DNA from: Selaginella moellendorffii
Taxonomy: Eukaryota; Plantae; Lycopodiophyta
NCBI RefSeq assembly: GCF_000143415.4
Contig: NW_003314270.1
Coordinates: 2,883,668 to 2,947,667 of the forward strand
DNA length: 64,000 nt
Direction: 5' to 3'
The notes below the pieces were generated by a model that saw nothing but the letters and a program-made list of their open reading frames with translations, had not been told where the DNA came from and did not search any database. Positions 11,169-24,489 of the stretch are shown piece after piece. The translations under genes and the position numbers were made by a program. Each line of letters starts with the position of its first letter. Within the stretch, counting starts at the first letter, position 1.

Positions 11169-12140
11169 TTATTCTCTAACCCAAGCGATGTCCAGCCCTC
11201 CAATCCAGTGACAAACCGCGCCCTTGCCCGGCTGCATGCCCAACTCCTTGAACGCCGGAAAGTCTGCATTCCAGGTGCTGGTATCGACATGGCACGCCGC
11301 CACATAGTCAACGAGGATTGACTTCCCGTCAGTGTGGTCAACAGTATCAAACCCGACAGTGAAGATCTGCGTGTTCGGGAGCGAGTGGCACGAGTAGAGC
11401 TGGAAGGGAAACATGGTGGAATGGCACGAGACGTTGGGCTCCTCGTCGCCGGTTTCGGGCCTTGTTTTGCTGATCTTGTCGACTCGAGCGATGGTGGCGT
11501 TGAAGGTGGACGCGAGTCCTTGCGGGAGGATGGTCTGGAGCATTCTCACGGAGCTCGTCCCCAGCTTGGAGACGATCAATTCGTGCATGGATTTGATCGA
11601 GGAGACGCAGGTGTGGTCGGGGGCGGAGCACGTTGTCGCGGCTTTTTGGAGGTTGATTGCCATGTTGGAGCCGTCTCGGATTCCAAACATCTTCTTGAGC
11701 TCGGGCAGGCTTTGCGTGTTGATCTTGAGCTGCTGAGACACCGAGTATGGGAGGAATGGCCTCGCCGGAGCGGGGGCGTAGCTGGGGTTGGCCATGGCGA
11801 GCGTGGTGCCTTCGACGAGGAGAGTGGCGGGGAAGAAGCGCCCCCTGCTGGAGATGTCGAGAACGTATGGAGGCTCGTAGAAGTCGAAGGAGGAGTCGGC
11901 TATCGGGACGTCGTCCTTGCACAAGAGTCGCAGATCCGAGCAGAAGCTAGCGGCATCGGTAGATTCAAAGCTCCCGTCTTTGATCTTGTTGGCCCAGTAG
12001 TGAGAACTCATCACAGCGGCCTGCATAAATAGAAAAGAAAGAAAACTTCGTTATTTCTCTTTGATATCCTTTCAGGATTTAACCCGTCCAAGGACGAAGA
12101 ATGTGCACAGGGACAGAAGCACCAGCTGTAAGACTCCCAT
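11169..12140 (-). CDS. Secreted BURP-domain protein (2 exons: 12140-12084, 12020-11169)
   Basis: Signal-peptide exon MGVLQLVLLSLCTFFVLGR, a 63-nt GT-AG intron, and the four CH dipeptides of the BURP motif (SCH..SCH..ACHVDTSTW..VCHW). Confidence 0.9.
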
Positions 12141-12336
12141 CGCTTCCTTACAATGTCTTGATTACAGACAAATATATACGAACCGAGGAGCACTTGGATA
12201 TGCGAAGCATTTCACTGCTTCCAAAGCTGTAAAGTGGCGTCTAGCTCGTCGGTGGAATTCACCAAGTTGATAGTTAAAAGACAAAAGACTTATGTACACA
12301 TAGTGTTTGTTATCAACCGTCTGTCGGAGCATTTTT

Positions 12337-15300
12337 TCATGCGAAGTAAGATGCGGAGGATGATAAATCGGCAAGAACCTGAGGACAAGCTTTGAGTGTG
12401 AGATAAATTAAGACGCAGCAAAAAATTTCAAGTACCTCTAGTTGCTCTTCTGAAAAATAGTTCTTCTGATACGCCCAGGTGTCAGCGTGAGTCCGTCGAA
12501 ACTCCGCAATTGTCTTTCTGACAGTGTTTGATATAGGCGATGGCTCATGCGTGAATTTGGCTAGAGCAAAAATGATATCCGGAAGCCACCTGTAATGTAG
12601 AAAATTCGAAACACGGACTTTTAAAATAAGTCAGTTTTTCAAGTACCGGGGAATGTCGTATGGTGCTGATAGTACGCATGCTCTCAAGCCCATCACTATT
12701 CCGTGCTTGACAATCTTGTCATCACTTGCTTTGCCCCTGGAAGAGGACGCATGAACATAAGAGAACATTTGGCATAGCTCCACAGTACCTGTTGCTTTTC
12801 AACTTCATATTCTTTTGAGAGGAACTCAAAATGCCCTCACGAAAGGCCACAGGAAGATCACTAACGGGCCCCTTCAACATGCCTGAAAGGGTGGTCGATG
12901 CCGTTTCCCTCACCTTTATCAGAACGTAAGTTAAAAAAAACAGATCCGGCAGGTCATGCATACCTCTAGTTGTGAATCCGACAAAAGGTTCTGCACGCAG
13001 TTCCACAACCGAGTGACCTCTTCTTTTTCCAGAGTAAAGGCATGTCTAGAGAAAAAAATTGTGAGGACAAGTGATACAAGAAAGGAGTTCAACCTGTATG
13101 CAAAGGACTGAGAGAACGTTAATGCTGACAGGCGTGTGCGCCAATTGCTATCGTTTGCAGCCGAGGCGATAGCTCCAACGGCTTTGGTTCTGTATTCGTT
13201 GCCAAATGGCTGCCATTTATACAGGAACACCGCGAGTTTTGCAAGGAAAGACATGTCTTTGTGCGACGTTTCCTGTGATAAGAAACATTAGAACATGAAG
13301 TTAAAGCTCAAGTCACTTACTTGTAAAGCCAAAACAGATGGCAAAGCTCCAACGAGTACAGGCATAAGGTAAGAAGCTCGTCCCGATGCCATGGCCGCTA
13401 TCAAAAATTGGAAAACCTGGAAAAGAAGAACACACCGACTTTTTATCCGAGAATGACCGGCACAAGAAGCACCTACCGTTTCCATGTATTTTACAGCTTC
13501 CTGGACGTCGGTGTTGCTGCTCAAATCACCTGCGGCTTCTGTATTCTCTAATGACTTCTGTATCTTCGCAGTGGCTGTTACCGTGCCATTCAACAAGCTT
13601 GTTTTCCAATCTGGCACATCTTTTTCATTCAGCAACGGCGAGCTGCGAGCGTCTTGGAGATTTGTGCACAGCACGCACATAATCTTTCCAACGTTTTGCC
13701 GTACCTGGTAAGAAAAAGCAGCTGGGAAAGATAGAAGAAAGAAGATATCGTATTACCTGCGACGAAGGATTCGCCATGTACTCCATAACCTCTACGAGAA
13801 GGTTCAGTTGCACGTTAATTTCCTGCTCCGTTGCTGCTTCCGGTCTCAGCTCCATCACTACGGAAAGTAGATACTGCAGGCGCTTTGAAACAAGGTTCGA
13901 TGATGCAGTGGATGGCAACTGTCTCGTCATCAGAGCTTCAAACATAGCTTGACGCAAAAGAGGTGCCCTCAGACCTTTCCTCCCTTTGCCAGTGGACGAA
14001 AAGCGTACACAAGCAGCCCATTCTGCAAGAGATTCCGGATTTGCTTGCATGAGGGCCTTGTGAAGTAGATCCGAGAGCCATATTCCCCATGCTTCCACAA
14101 CAGCTCTGACGTCTGAATGTAGAAGCCCGGCCAGTATCTCAGCCGCCATGCACTGCATAGTCTTCTCTTCGCTAGCATTTACTGCATCTTCCAAGGGACC
14201 ACGAAGAGCTTCCAGAGCACCAGAACCACACTCCTGAACCAGTCGTTTAAAAAGCTTGGCAAGTCTTGGAGAAAATGCTTCGCCTTTGCTGATGACTACC
14301 CAGTTTCGAGTGGTTGGCCATTGACGGACAAAAGCTGGCATCATGCCAATGACGCTCAAATCTGCGGCCTGAACTCTAGCACCACGAGAGCGCCCCTGGC
14401 CTTCACTGTAGTGATGGTCCAGAGATAAGTTCTTCACCATCCGAGAGGCAAATGATGGCTGTTGGAAAACTGGAGTTAAAGCGTCTTCCAGAGAAAAGTT
14501 GGTAGCATTTCTGTCTATCTTGTAGTGGCCCGAACGCAATAAGAGCAAGAGAGCAATAACGGACAAAGGCCTGAGTGATGGTAAATCACTTCCAAGGGCA
14601 TTGATGAACTCTCCTGTAGTAGAAAGAATGAGTATCGCTCGTTGCTTTGTAGCTACTACTTACCAGCTAAAAACTTCCTGGTTTCCAGGATTTCTGCCGC
14701 ATGATCGGTGTCATCCAGCGGCAGCACCAAGCATAGCATCCCCACATGAGCCATAAGCTTGTAGCTGTAGAAATAAGATGATATTAACTCGATGATAGAG
14801 TATATTATAACTTCCTGAAATTACCGCCAATGAACGGCTCCAGTGTCCCCATCTGACGAATCCTTAACGAGTGACAAAAGCTGGCTATAATTTGGTAAGG
14901 CGTCATTAGCCTCCGTATCAAGCCCGCTCAATGGAACTCCACCGAAACGAACACTAAAAGCAATAGCAAGCTGAAAAGGGGTCTCAGTATGATATGGCAG
15001 ATGGATCGAAGCAGCTCTACCTCACTAATAGCTGTCTGAGCTTTGACGGAACTGTGACGAGAACTGGAAATGTCAAATAACGTCAGAAACAAATACTGAA
15101 AGTAATTGGAACGTCACCTTCCAAGGACAGCTTGTATGAACATCGCCAAGGATTTCCAGTCCTAAACATCAAATAGTTAAATATACCAGATCTTTAATCA
15201 CAAACCTGTGCAATATGTCTCAATACTGGTCTAGAAGCAAGAATGGAGCAAGAACCCAGCGCAGAGTGCTCCATGGCATCGGCATCTTGCAAACTTGAGG

Positions 15301-18300
15301 CCAAGGTTGGCATGCAGGACTTCACAAGCGGTGGATACCGTTTTAGCATCTTCTTCAGCGACGCGCCCGCAAAACTAAACAAATCACACAAGTAAATATG
15401 GTCGTACGAAAGTGTAGTTCTCTTACTCGCGAACTTCATCGTAGCTGTGAAGAGAGAGCTTCAAGAGTTCGGTTGCAACCTTTACCACGTAAGGACACAC
15501 CTCATTGCGCTCAAAGTGACGATAGCCAGCCTGTGATGCACGCCAAGTATTGTGAAGATAGACCATCTCAGTCATCATCCAGTATGGCCTGAACAGAAAA
15601 AAGGAATTAGTGATGGCAAATAGTTGCCAATGGAGATCAACCTGCGCTTTCCCGCAGAATGAATTCCAGTGATAAAATTGACTCTCGGCTCAACCAGGTT
15701 TTTAGAGTCAAGCTTCCAAGTATGCTTCCCGTGAGACCATTCGTTATATTCTGGTGAGCCTGTACAAAATTATACATGAGTAAATAAGAAGAAAAACGGG
15801 AAAAACTACAGTACCGTAGTTTCCAACGAGATCTAATGATTGAACTAGCAAAATAAGCAGTGCTGTGTCGTCAGCTTTCGCTTTCAGCAAGTACCTAAAG
15901 AAGACTCGTGCATAAGTATACCTTTAGACAAAAGTTTGAATCTTACTCGCAAGCCTTGATTAAGGTGTCGGCAGCTTCTTCCCTTAACTTCGAGTTGCCA
16001 ACAGATGCTCCAGTTTTTCCAGCAATGCGGAGTGGACCCTTGGAGCTTTCATTTGTAAAATCGGGCAAGGCCGATCTGGCACCCTTTAGACTCCCATTAA
16101 TTTGCAACAATAGTATCCGTAGCTTTTCCTTGTTTGGAACTGTCAACATAAAATCAGTAAAACTTATAAAAAAAACGTAAAACAACGTACCGGAGTTCAT
16201 TTCACAGAGACTTCGAAGATCCAATAATGCATTTCGAAGGTGCAATTGGATTACTTCTTCAGCAAAAGCTACTTCTTCTTCACTGGGAAGATGCCACATA
16301 GGTGATACAAGTGATAAAGAGGGTTCTTTAGTGCTTATCCATGACTCTATGCCATCGTGACCAGGATATTCCGAGCAAGATCTGCAAAAGAAAACGAGGC
16401 GTCCAATTCAATTTGTCGATCCAAGCCAAGTCACCTGTATTGTTGAAGTGGATAATAGAGCAGCAAGCTTTCCACTACAGAACTAAGAAATCGTTCTCCA
16501 GCCTCATTGACCTGTATACACCATCAATAAATGTGCAAACTCTCAAAACTTTTACCTTAGCGGATGTAAGATTAAAGCAAGAAGCAATAATGCGCTTCAG
16601 AACGTCCTGGCATTGAAGAAGAGCAGGTCCGGCATTCATCATGCCAAAACACAGCAGCGTTAGCTGAGCTGAAACGGAAGTTTCCGTCGCCGGAGAAAGA
16701 TTCACCTGCAAAAAATACAACAGTCACAATAAAATTAGTGAGATAGTGAAATCCATTAAGTTTCTTACTTTTGTATCCGCTTGTGTTGAGCTGCTTGAAG
16801 CAGAGCCCGTGGCTTCAACGTCGGTTAAAGTGTTCAACACGTTTTTCATGATAGGTAAAAGAACCTGTGATACTGTTTCCACAGGATTTGCGTACACAAG
16901 TGCTGAGCAAAGCAAGCCCATTTCCGTGACTGCACCTGGTAAAATGTTGCTGTATGCGAATTTCGCAACTTTTTTCATAGCCTGAGGAATCCGAAAAGAA
17001 GTTATTAAAAAAAAAAAAAACAACCAAAAGAAAAGAGGCACCTGTTGAAACAAAGGCCTTGTCAGCCTTCCAAAGAGAAGCTCAATCAACGTTGAGTATA
17101 AAGAATGTTCTTGCATGAGAAATGTACTGGAAGATTTATGTGAACCTTCACCCAGATTTATATCTCCGCTAATATGAAATTAAAATACGTCAGACAAATT
17201 GTTTTCATTTTCAACGAGACTACTTACGTGTGCGTGCCAGACTCAACATGCCGCAAAAGGACGAACAGGCGGGACAAAAACTCGTCCAGCCATTGAGACC
17301 AATCCATAGACAAAACAGAAGAGCCACCGTCTGTGATCTCTCCAATACTTCCAACCTGAGAGCACAACCACATTAGCAGATTTTCACCTATCTTTCAGAG
17401 GTACTCACATTCGCCACAACGGATGCGTAGAACTGCACGGTTGCAAGTGTTTTAGGGGGATCGTTAGCATCAATGCCCAATAAAGTGGTGAACATTGCCT
17501 CAACCAGCGTGGTTTTGCAGTCCACAAAAGATAAGTTAAAAGAAAAGTCCAGTCGATTGGATGTGTCTGCTTCCATCTGAAGGTCAGTATCAATATTCTC
17601 CGAAAGTAATACTGCACGAGATGCAAGGGCCAATGTGGTCAATGCAGACTCAAGCTGATGCGTAGCAGTGACCTGAAACATTGCATATTAGCGTTTGTCG
17701 GAGCAAAATGAGCAACTCACAGTGATCATAGCCGCTTCAAAACGAGACACAATGAAAGGCAGAATAACCGAAGGGGCGACGAAGGCAAGTCCTGAAGCCA
17801 CATTAGAAGACGTTACAGCCAATCGCCCACTCTTGCTGTATTGTCCTCTTTCTATCAGCCTTACAATTGTCTTGACGAACGCCTCTCTTTCGTCGGGCCC
17901 CAGGAAGTTCTTTTGACAATTGTGCCTACAAAAGTAAAAATGTATGAAAACCATTAGAAAACTACAGTACGAAGCTTACTGTTGCTCGTAAGAGAGTCGT
18001 TTAATAAAGAAATAAGATAGATGGCGCAGAAATTGTTCAAGTGATGATGTCCAAGAACCTCCATTTGAAGGATGATAGTATCTGTGCAAACATTTTGTTA
18101 CTTAGCAGTCATAAAGCTTAACTTCACTCAACTGTTCGAGAAGATCCACAAGTTGCTCAAAGAGATCTTGTGCACTACCCTCAGGCTGAATCAAGTAAAC
18201 CTGTAAAGCAAACGAGTATAGGCGTAAGCGGCTGTGCGGTAGCAAAGTCTCTTACAATTGCTTTAGCCACATTCTTTGGTGCCGGCTTCCAGTTGCCATT

Positions 18301-19504
18301 AAACGCAAGCCTCAAATCGTAAGGAACTTCTCTTTCAATCGGAGGTGTTGCATCTGATTTTGCAACAGGAACCTGAGGATATTGTAGAACAGACACACAT
18401 AAGTTTATCAGAGAATTTGATCCCACCTCAAACATGTTCAAGAAGTGTCCAAATAGACTCGGGAGGAACGGAGCCCAGTCAATCGGTGAGGCATAGGCTC
18501 TATGTTTGATGAAGCGCCCGAGCAAACAAGCCCATTGACGGTCCCAGTACGGACAATCGCTGATTCCATCCCAAAGTCTTAAGCATTCGCCAAACCAATC
18601 ACTGCCACAAGTAAGGTGATCAGCACGTAACTAGGACATACCAAGCTATATTACCATGTAAATACGTTGGTGTCCGGTTCAACAGGCTTTGTTGGAAGAA
18701 AAAGTGAGAGAAAACCCACAGCTTCCAGGGACGAATTGTGAATGCCAGTGTCCAAGTACGGTCTGATGAAACGTTGCCTCTAAATACTCGAAACAACACA
18801 ATTGAGACACACCTGAATTCTGCCCATATTTCTGACGCAGACCCCGGACGGAAGAAGCGGCGAGAGTTGGATATAAGAAGAACTAGTGATTCCAGATGAA
18901 TTTGCCGTAGAGCTATCCCTTCAAAGAAAAATCTCCTACAACAATGAATGGAAGGGATGATGAAAAAGAGGACTTCTGATTCGGGATGAAAAAGAATAGA
19001 ACGAACAAACCGTTTGAAGTGAATCAATAGCATCATCTCGTAGAATTTTCTCCAGTCGAGCTCCAAAGTTATATCCTTGTGGTACTTGCTAAGAAGTTTA
19101 GACAAGCACGAGGCCCATCGAACCTGTGACAAAATATATAAGAATAAGAATATCGAGGCGATCTCCACGTAATTTTCTTCATACCTGGACAAATAAATTG
19201 TCTGAAGAATGGAAGAAGACGTCGAATCCAAGCCTCGCTACAGCATCTAGAGCAGGCTTTGCCGGCCTGATTTTCGCCCTGACCAAGCTGAGGCCACATT
19301 TTCCAAAAATTTTAGACAGGAAAGAGGACAAAGAAAATCCTACTTGTTGATGAGAGAAATCCACTTGAGCGTCGCGAATTTGCTCTTGGGATCGTTCGGC
19401 TTCCATGCCCGCTGGACCTTATCAGCAATCTCCCCCATCACCTCCTCCTCGCCGCGGATGGCCTCCACGACGGGCGGCGGCAGCCACGCATTGTAGAGAT
19501 GCAT
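12337..19504 (-). CDS. PA200: Proteasome activator subunit 4 (PA200/Blm10 homolog), many short introns
   Basis: Starts MHLYNAWLPPPV; internal YYHPSNGG, GIDANDPPKTLAT and WHLPSEEE; ends EFRRTHADTW...EEQLE|VLADLSSSASYFA*, matching plant PA200 including the C-terminal YFA. Confidence 0.93.
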
Positions 19505-19705
19505 CGCCGCTCGCGCTACCTGGATGAATCTAGAATCCTACGAGAAATTCAGCTCCTCTAGAGATAGATCATAGCACCGCCTCCGGTGCCTTGAGCGCCA
19601 AGAGATCGCCGCGCCATCGCAGCTTCTTCCCAAAAAACCCTACAATAAAACTACGTGTTGAAAATATTTGCTAGGCTTCCAACAATCCAAACCTTTTGAC
19701 AAAAT

Positions 19706-19764
19706 CATCATCATGAACCTGGATTCGAACCAGGGTTCTCCACTTGGCGACCAACGTGATGATG
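19706..19764 (-). promoter_or_regulatory. tRNA T-arm/B-box-like structured mini-element upstream of PA200
   Basis: Minus strand CCTGG-TTCGAAT-CCAGG is a perfect T-arm, enclosed by the CATCATCA/TGATGATG inverted repeat. A telo-box lies at 19635. There is no full cloverleaf. Confidence 0.4.
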
Positions 19765-20383
19765 GTTCTTCGATTCAATTTTAACTTCTGCCTCACTCCT
19801 GGGGTTCTTCTGATATCATTGTGAGGGCAATGCCACTCAAATGTGGGTAACATCCATTGTGGTGTTTCTATAGAAAATGAAAGATTTGTTCAGGTGGGTA
19901 ATCACTCACCTGAACAAATCAAGTAAATCTGAAATAATTTTAGAATAATGCTAGCATTTTTTTAAAAAAGTCTGTTGAAAGAAAAGTATTTTAAAAAATA
20001 ATTAACCGGAAATATTTAATTTTTAATATCACAAAGTTATCTGTTGCACAATATTTGTAATTTTAATATTAAGCACATATAGAGAAACTATTATACAAAC
20101 AATATATTAAACAAGTAATTCAAACTATCATAGAAACTATTATGTAAACCACGTACCAAACTACTTAATAAACTATAAAGTAAAGCTGTTATATAAAACA
20201 TATATTAGTTTCACTTTTTTTTAACCAAAATTTATATTAGTTTTAAATATGAGGCAAAAAATAAAAATTATGTAAAAACTATATTATATACCTTCTAGTG
20301 ATATAGACAGCAATGTGTAGCAATAAGTTGAGCAATAAAAAATAAATTCAAACTCATATCGACTAACATAAAAAGGATAATAT

Positions 20384-20872
20384 AAGACTTTTTACTATAA
20401 ATTGAGTTTGAAAAGTATAAACTAGTGCTAAATGAACTTTTTGATGATATTCCTAAACCAAAGATTGAGAGGTTATTAATTTATTCATATAAAATCCTTT
20501 CACTACTTGTATGACCCTATTTCCTAGAAAAAATTTTAATGTCAAGACCTTTTACTATAAATTAAGTTTGGAAAGTATGAACTAGTGCTAAATAAACCTT
20601 TTAATGATATTCCTCAAACAAGGATTGAGAGGTCATTGATTTATTCACTTAAGATCCTTTCACTATTTGCGTGACTCCCTATTTCCTAAAAAAACTTTTA
20701 ATGTCAAGACCTTTTACTATAAATTGAGTTTGGAAAATATGAACTAGTGCTAAATGAACATTTTGATGATATTCCTAAAATAAGGATTGAGAGGTCATTG
20801 ACTTATTCACTTAAGATCCCTTCACTACTTGTGTGATTCTTTATTTCCTAGAAAAAAATTTAATGTCAAAAC
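20384..20872 (+). repeat. Tandem repeat, ~161-bp unit, 3 copies
   Basis: AAGAC(T/C)TTTTACTATAAATT(G/A)AGTTTG...ACTAGTGCTAAAT recurs at ~20384, 20544 and 20706. Confidence 0.9.
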
Positions 20873-22063
20873 CTTCCATTACAATAGCACTAATATAGCA
20901 TTATTAATGCCAAGGCCTCCACCTAAAAAATTAAGGATGTTAATCTAGGAAACATCAACAATGTTGATATGTGTGGCAAACCTTATCATATGCAACAAGA
21001 AACATTATATTCACAACCACATCCTTGTTTTTATCCTTTAACACAAACAGTAATAGCCTCAACCTCCATTGGAACAAAATCATCTCCTATAAAAAGTGGA
21101 ATTGAAGTATGTGCAATTACAAGTAGAAGAAATGATATTTTATAATATTATGCTAGTCAAAGATCTTTATCAAATGTATGAATAACTCTCACAAGATGTT
21201 GATGAAATGCTAGCCATAGCATATCTAACTTGATCCACTCGGACATATTTAACTCTACATGAAGCAAGAGACTCCGAAAATGAACACTAATTTGTATAAC
21301 TAACTTAGATGGCCCATAACATAAATAATAAAATTGCTGAAAGGCATTATTATAGTTGTCAACATGTTCAAATATGTACTTGAAGATACTCGGGAGAAAA
21401 TTACAATCTATATAAGTGGCTATACTTAAACCATTCAATGTTGTTTCTTGGAAATATGTGGGAAACTTGTGTAAATGCTAGGCATCATCTTAAAAATGAT
21501 AAGTGGCAATTATTGTAAAGTGATAAAACCAATTATATATATCATCCCTAAAATTCCTATAGAAGACTTTGGCTAAACATGAGGATTGGTAGCAAGAATA
21601 TAAGAAGTTGTATCACATGTTATGAATGTTATTATCAACTGAGTTTGATTAGTGAGTTGCAATTGCATAGTATTAAACAACTGCTCTAGCATAAGAGGAG
21701 GAGGAGGTTGTTGCAAAGAAGTATGCTACTTTGCCATGAAAATGAACAAAAAGAAAAAAACTTAAAAAGCTATAAAAACAAAAGAGATATAGACAATGCA
21801 AGAGTAAACAAAAAACTCTTCAGAAACAATTAAAATTACCTTTCACCTCCACTAATGTTAAAGTATGAAATATAGAAATAGAATATAGAAATATGCATAT
21901 TCAATTAGCCTAAAAACTTTAGCTTATATAAGAATAAAAGGTCTAGATTGAAACCAATCTAATGGATATCAAAATCCCACTACATCAATAATAGTATATA
22001 GCATCATAGCTATACACTTGGACTTCACACCTATATAATATTTATACATATAAATATATATAC

Positions 22064-22093
22064 ATACATACATACATATACACACACACACAC

Positions 22094-22184
<91 letters not shown>

Positions 22185-22300
22185 TCTGTGTGTATATATA
22201 NNNNNNNNNNNNNNNNNNNNNNNNNNNNNNNNNNNNNNNNNNNNNNNNNNNNNNNNNNNNNNNNNNNNNNNNNNNNNNNNNNNNNNNNNNNNNNNNNNNN
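22064..22300. repeat. (CA)n/(TA)n microsatellite followed by a 100-N assembly gap (22201-22300)
   Basis: Seen directly in the sequence. Confidence 0.97.
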
Positions 22301-23668
22301 ATTGTAGCTTTTTGCCAATATTATAGTTATCAAATCTACTCTTCTTTGTTTATATATATCTTTATTGTATTCCTTATTTCTGTTATGTTTACACTTTTTT
22401 CAATTGTGGAGTGTATTGTTCAAGGTTACCAATATTACTCTATTGTCCTTATTCAATAATTTTGTTTATGTGATTGTGTCATATGTAGATCAAATTTTTA
22501 GTGTTGTGACTTGAGTCTTTGATGTATTATCTCCAACTTTCATTACATGATTTTTCTTTTCTTGGTGTCCAACTATCTCCTGCTAATGTGGAGTGTGATT
22601 ATATACAAGGAATGATATAATTTAATTCCTAGAAGATGTTAAGAGGATTGAGTTTATGAAAAGATGATATTTATGAATTTGAGTAAATTTTTAATTGTGA
22701 TGAGGATTTTAAATTTTTTGAGGCTAGCTTTCAAGATAAGTTGAAAATTTTATAAGATAGGTGTCAATTCCTAAATCTATCATATAAGCTTTTCTTTTTA
22801 TCTTCTATTATTTCTCAGCTTGAGCCACTTTCTTGAGAATTGAGAATAAAAACTATAAAAGTCAAAAGTGAATAATGTTTTAAGAGAAATAGGTGAGGAA
22901 TAAACATTAAAATATGATTTATTCTCAATTTAATTCTCAATAAATTCTCAATTTATTCTTAATTTATTCTCCTTATATTCCTTATACTGATTTAAATGTT
23001 GAGAATATATATGTAATTGAGAGTCTTACTTTTGTCTTGTAAACAAAACTTTTGATTTATTTCAGTATTGAGTATTCTTCTTTTAAAGTTCTTTTTGTAA
23101 AAGTTTTAAATTAAGTGTGTTTCCTCTACTGTAAGTACTACTAAAAGTCTTTGTTAATAGTGTGAGTTTAACTCCTAATGTGCAGTATTGGACAAGGATA
23201 AAAGTAGTAAATCTAGATTAACAATGATTTTAGAGATTGGTTAAATGAAATATGTAGAAATTTGTCATTTGCTACAATAATGTTTTATATGTTATAGTCA
23301 CCCTCAAAATCCCTTGCTTCAGTTTATAATTATTTCTCTGAGGTTGGTCTAAGCATAATTTGGCACATGGGATTATAACTAGTTCATTGGGCTTCTATAA
23401 CTAGCTAATGTTTTTTGGAATTAACAATTACCTTCGTGGTTGTGTTTGGCAGTCAATAATTATCAATAATATATTCCACTTAACTTATCATCATCATCTA
23501 AGATCATCTTGAAAGGCAAATTTTTATGGCAACCAAATGATCACTCAACAAAAACTCCAAATGTTCCAAATGTTATTTATTGCATAATAATTATTATATC
23601 TCAAGTTTATCAGTTCTAGCTTTTAGTTTTTCAATTACTACACAATAGATAATGATGATGATGATGTT

Positions 23669-24195
23669 TGTATTTGCACACAAAAACTCTATTAAGACCA
23701 TCAACTTGCCTTTAGTCACCATGTTTTATCACCATTCACTTTGTTGGTTTGTCATGATAACAACTAGACAACAAATGAGGAACAAAATGACAAAGGAATC
23801 ACAAACTAAAGGAACAAAGAATAATCAAATCTATAAATAGCTAGAGGAGTAATTGTAAATACATCATGTCTAGTTAGTATCATCCCTACCTTTTATGCCT
23901 TCATATCTACCACGATCTGTGTGTAGTGGCCACAGTCGTCATTGAAGAGGCACGAGTTGGAGTAGTAGTCATACTAGTGGCGCTCGTAAGGAGAAGTTGT
24001 AGATATGAATCAACTACAATTACTCCTCTAGCTACTTATAGATTTGATTCTTCTTTGTTCCTTCAATTTGTAGTTGCTTGGTCATTCTCTGCTACTAGTG
24101 ATTGTCCAGTTGTTATTGTGATAAACCAGCAAAGCTTATGGTGGTAGAACATGATGACTAAAGGCAACCACAGAGCTTGTGCTGTGCAAATATAA
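23669..24195. repeat. Degenerate fold-back inverted repeat (~190-bp arms)
   Basis: 23706 TTGCCTTTAGTCACCATG... pairs with ~24150 CATGATGACTAAAGGCAA; 23812-23857 pairs with 24014-24060. A homolog lies at 43299-43750. Confidence 0.8.
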
Positions 24196-24489
24196 ATAGC
24201 TAAGGAAGCTCTGTTCTTGAAGGAGGCATTGATTGTCTGTGAAAATCAATCAACAAGTACTTGATTAGCTGCACTGATATAGCTCTCTCTGATTTCAAAG
24301 AGATCAAGGTTCTTATTGAAGACGGGAGTAACAAGAGGAAAGGAGAAAATTGAGCATACTGGGATGCAATATGGGGACAAGGTGGCAATAGGATCCAAGC
24401 ATAACATTGAGTCCTGAGGGTTCACCAATGCATGTCACATGCATTGACACATTTTGTGAGCGATCATCTTGAAAGGATTAGAGAAATTA

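Noticed and set aside
4476-12140. GT17 + GH1 + BURP + TBL fragment as a cell-wall or biosynthetic gene cluster
   Set aside because: GH1 and the TBL fragment are broken, there is no evidence of co-regulation, and adjacency is expected in a gene-dense genome.
19706-19764. Complete tRNA gene
   Set aside because: No D-arm/A-box or proper anticodon loop; kept only as a B-box-like element.
20384-20872. Regularly spaced repeats as a CRISPR-like array
   Set aside because: The whole 161-bp unit is repeated with no unique spacers, and the context is eukaryotic.
22031-22459. ORFs spanning the N gap
   Set aside because: Artefacts of Ns and (TA)n.
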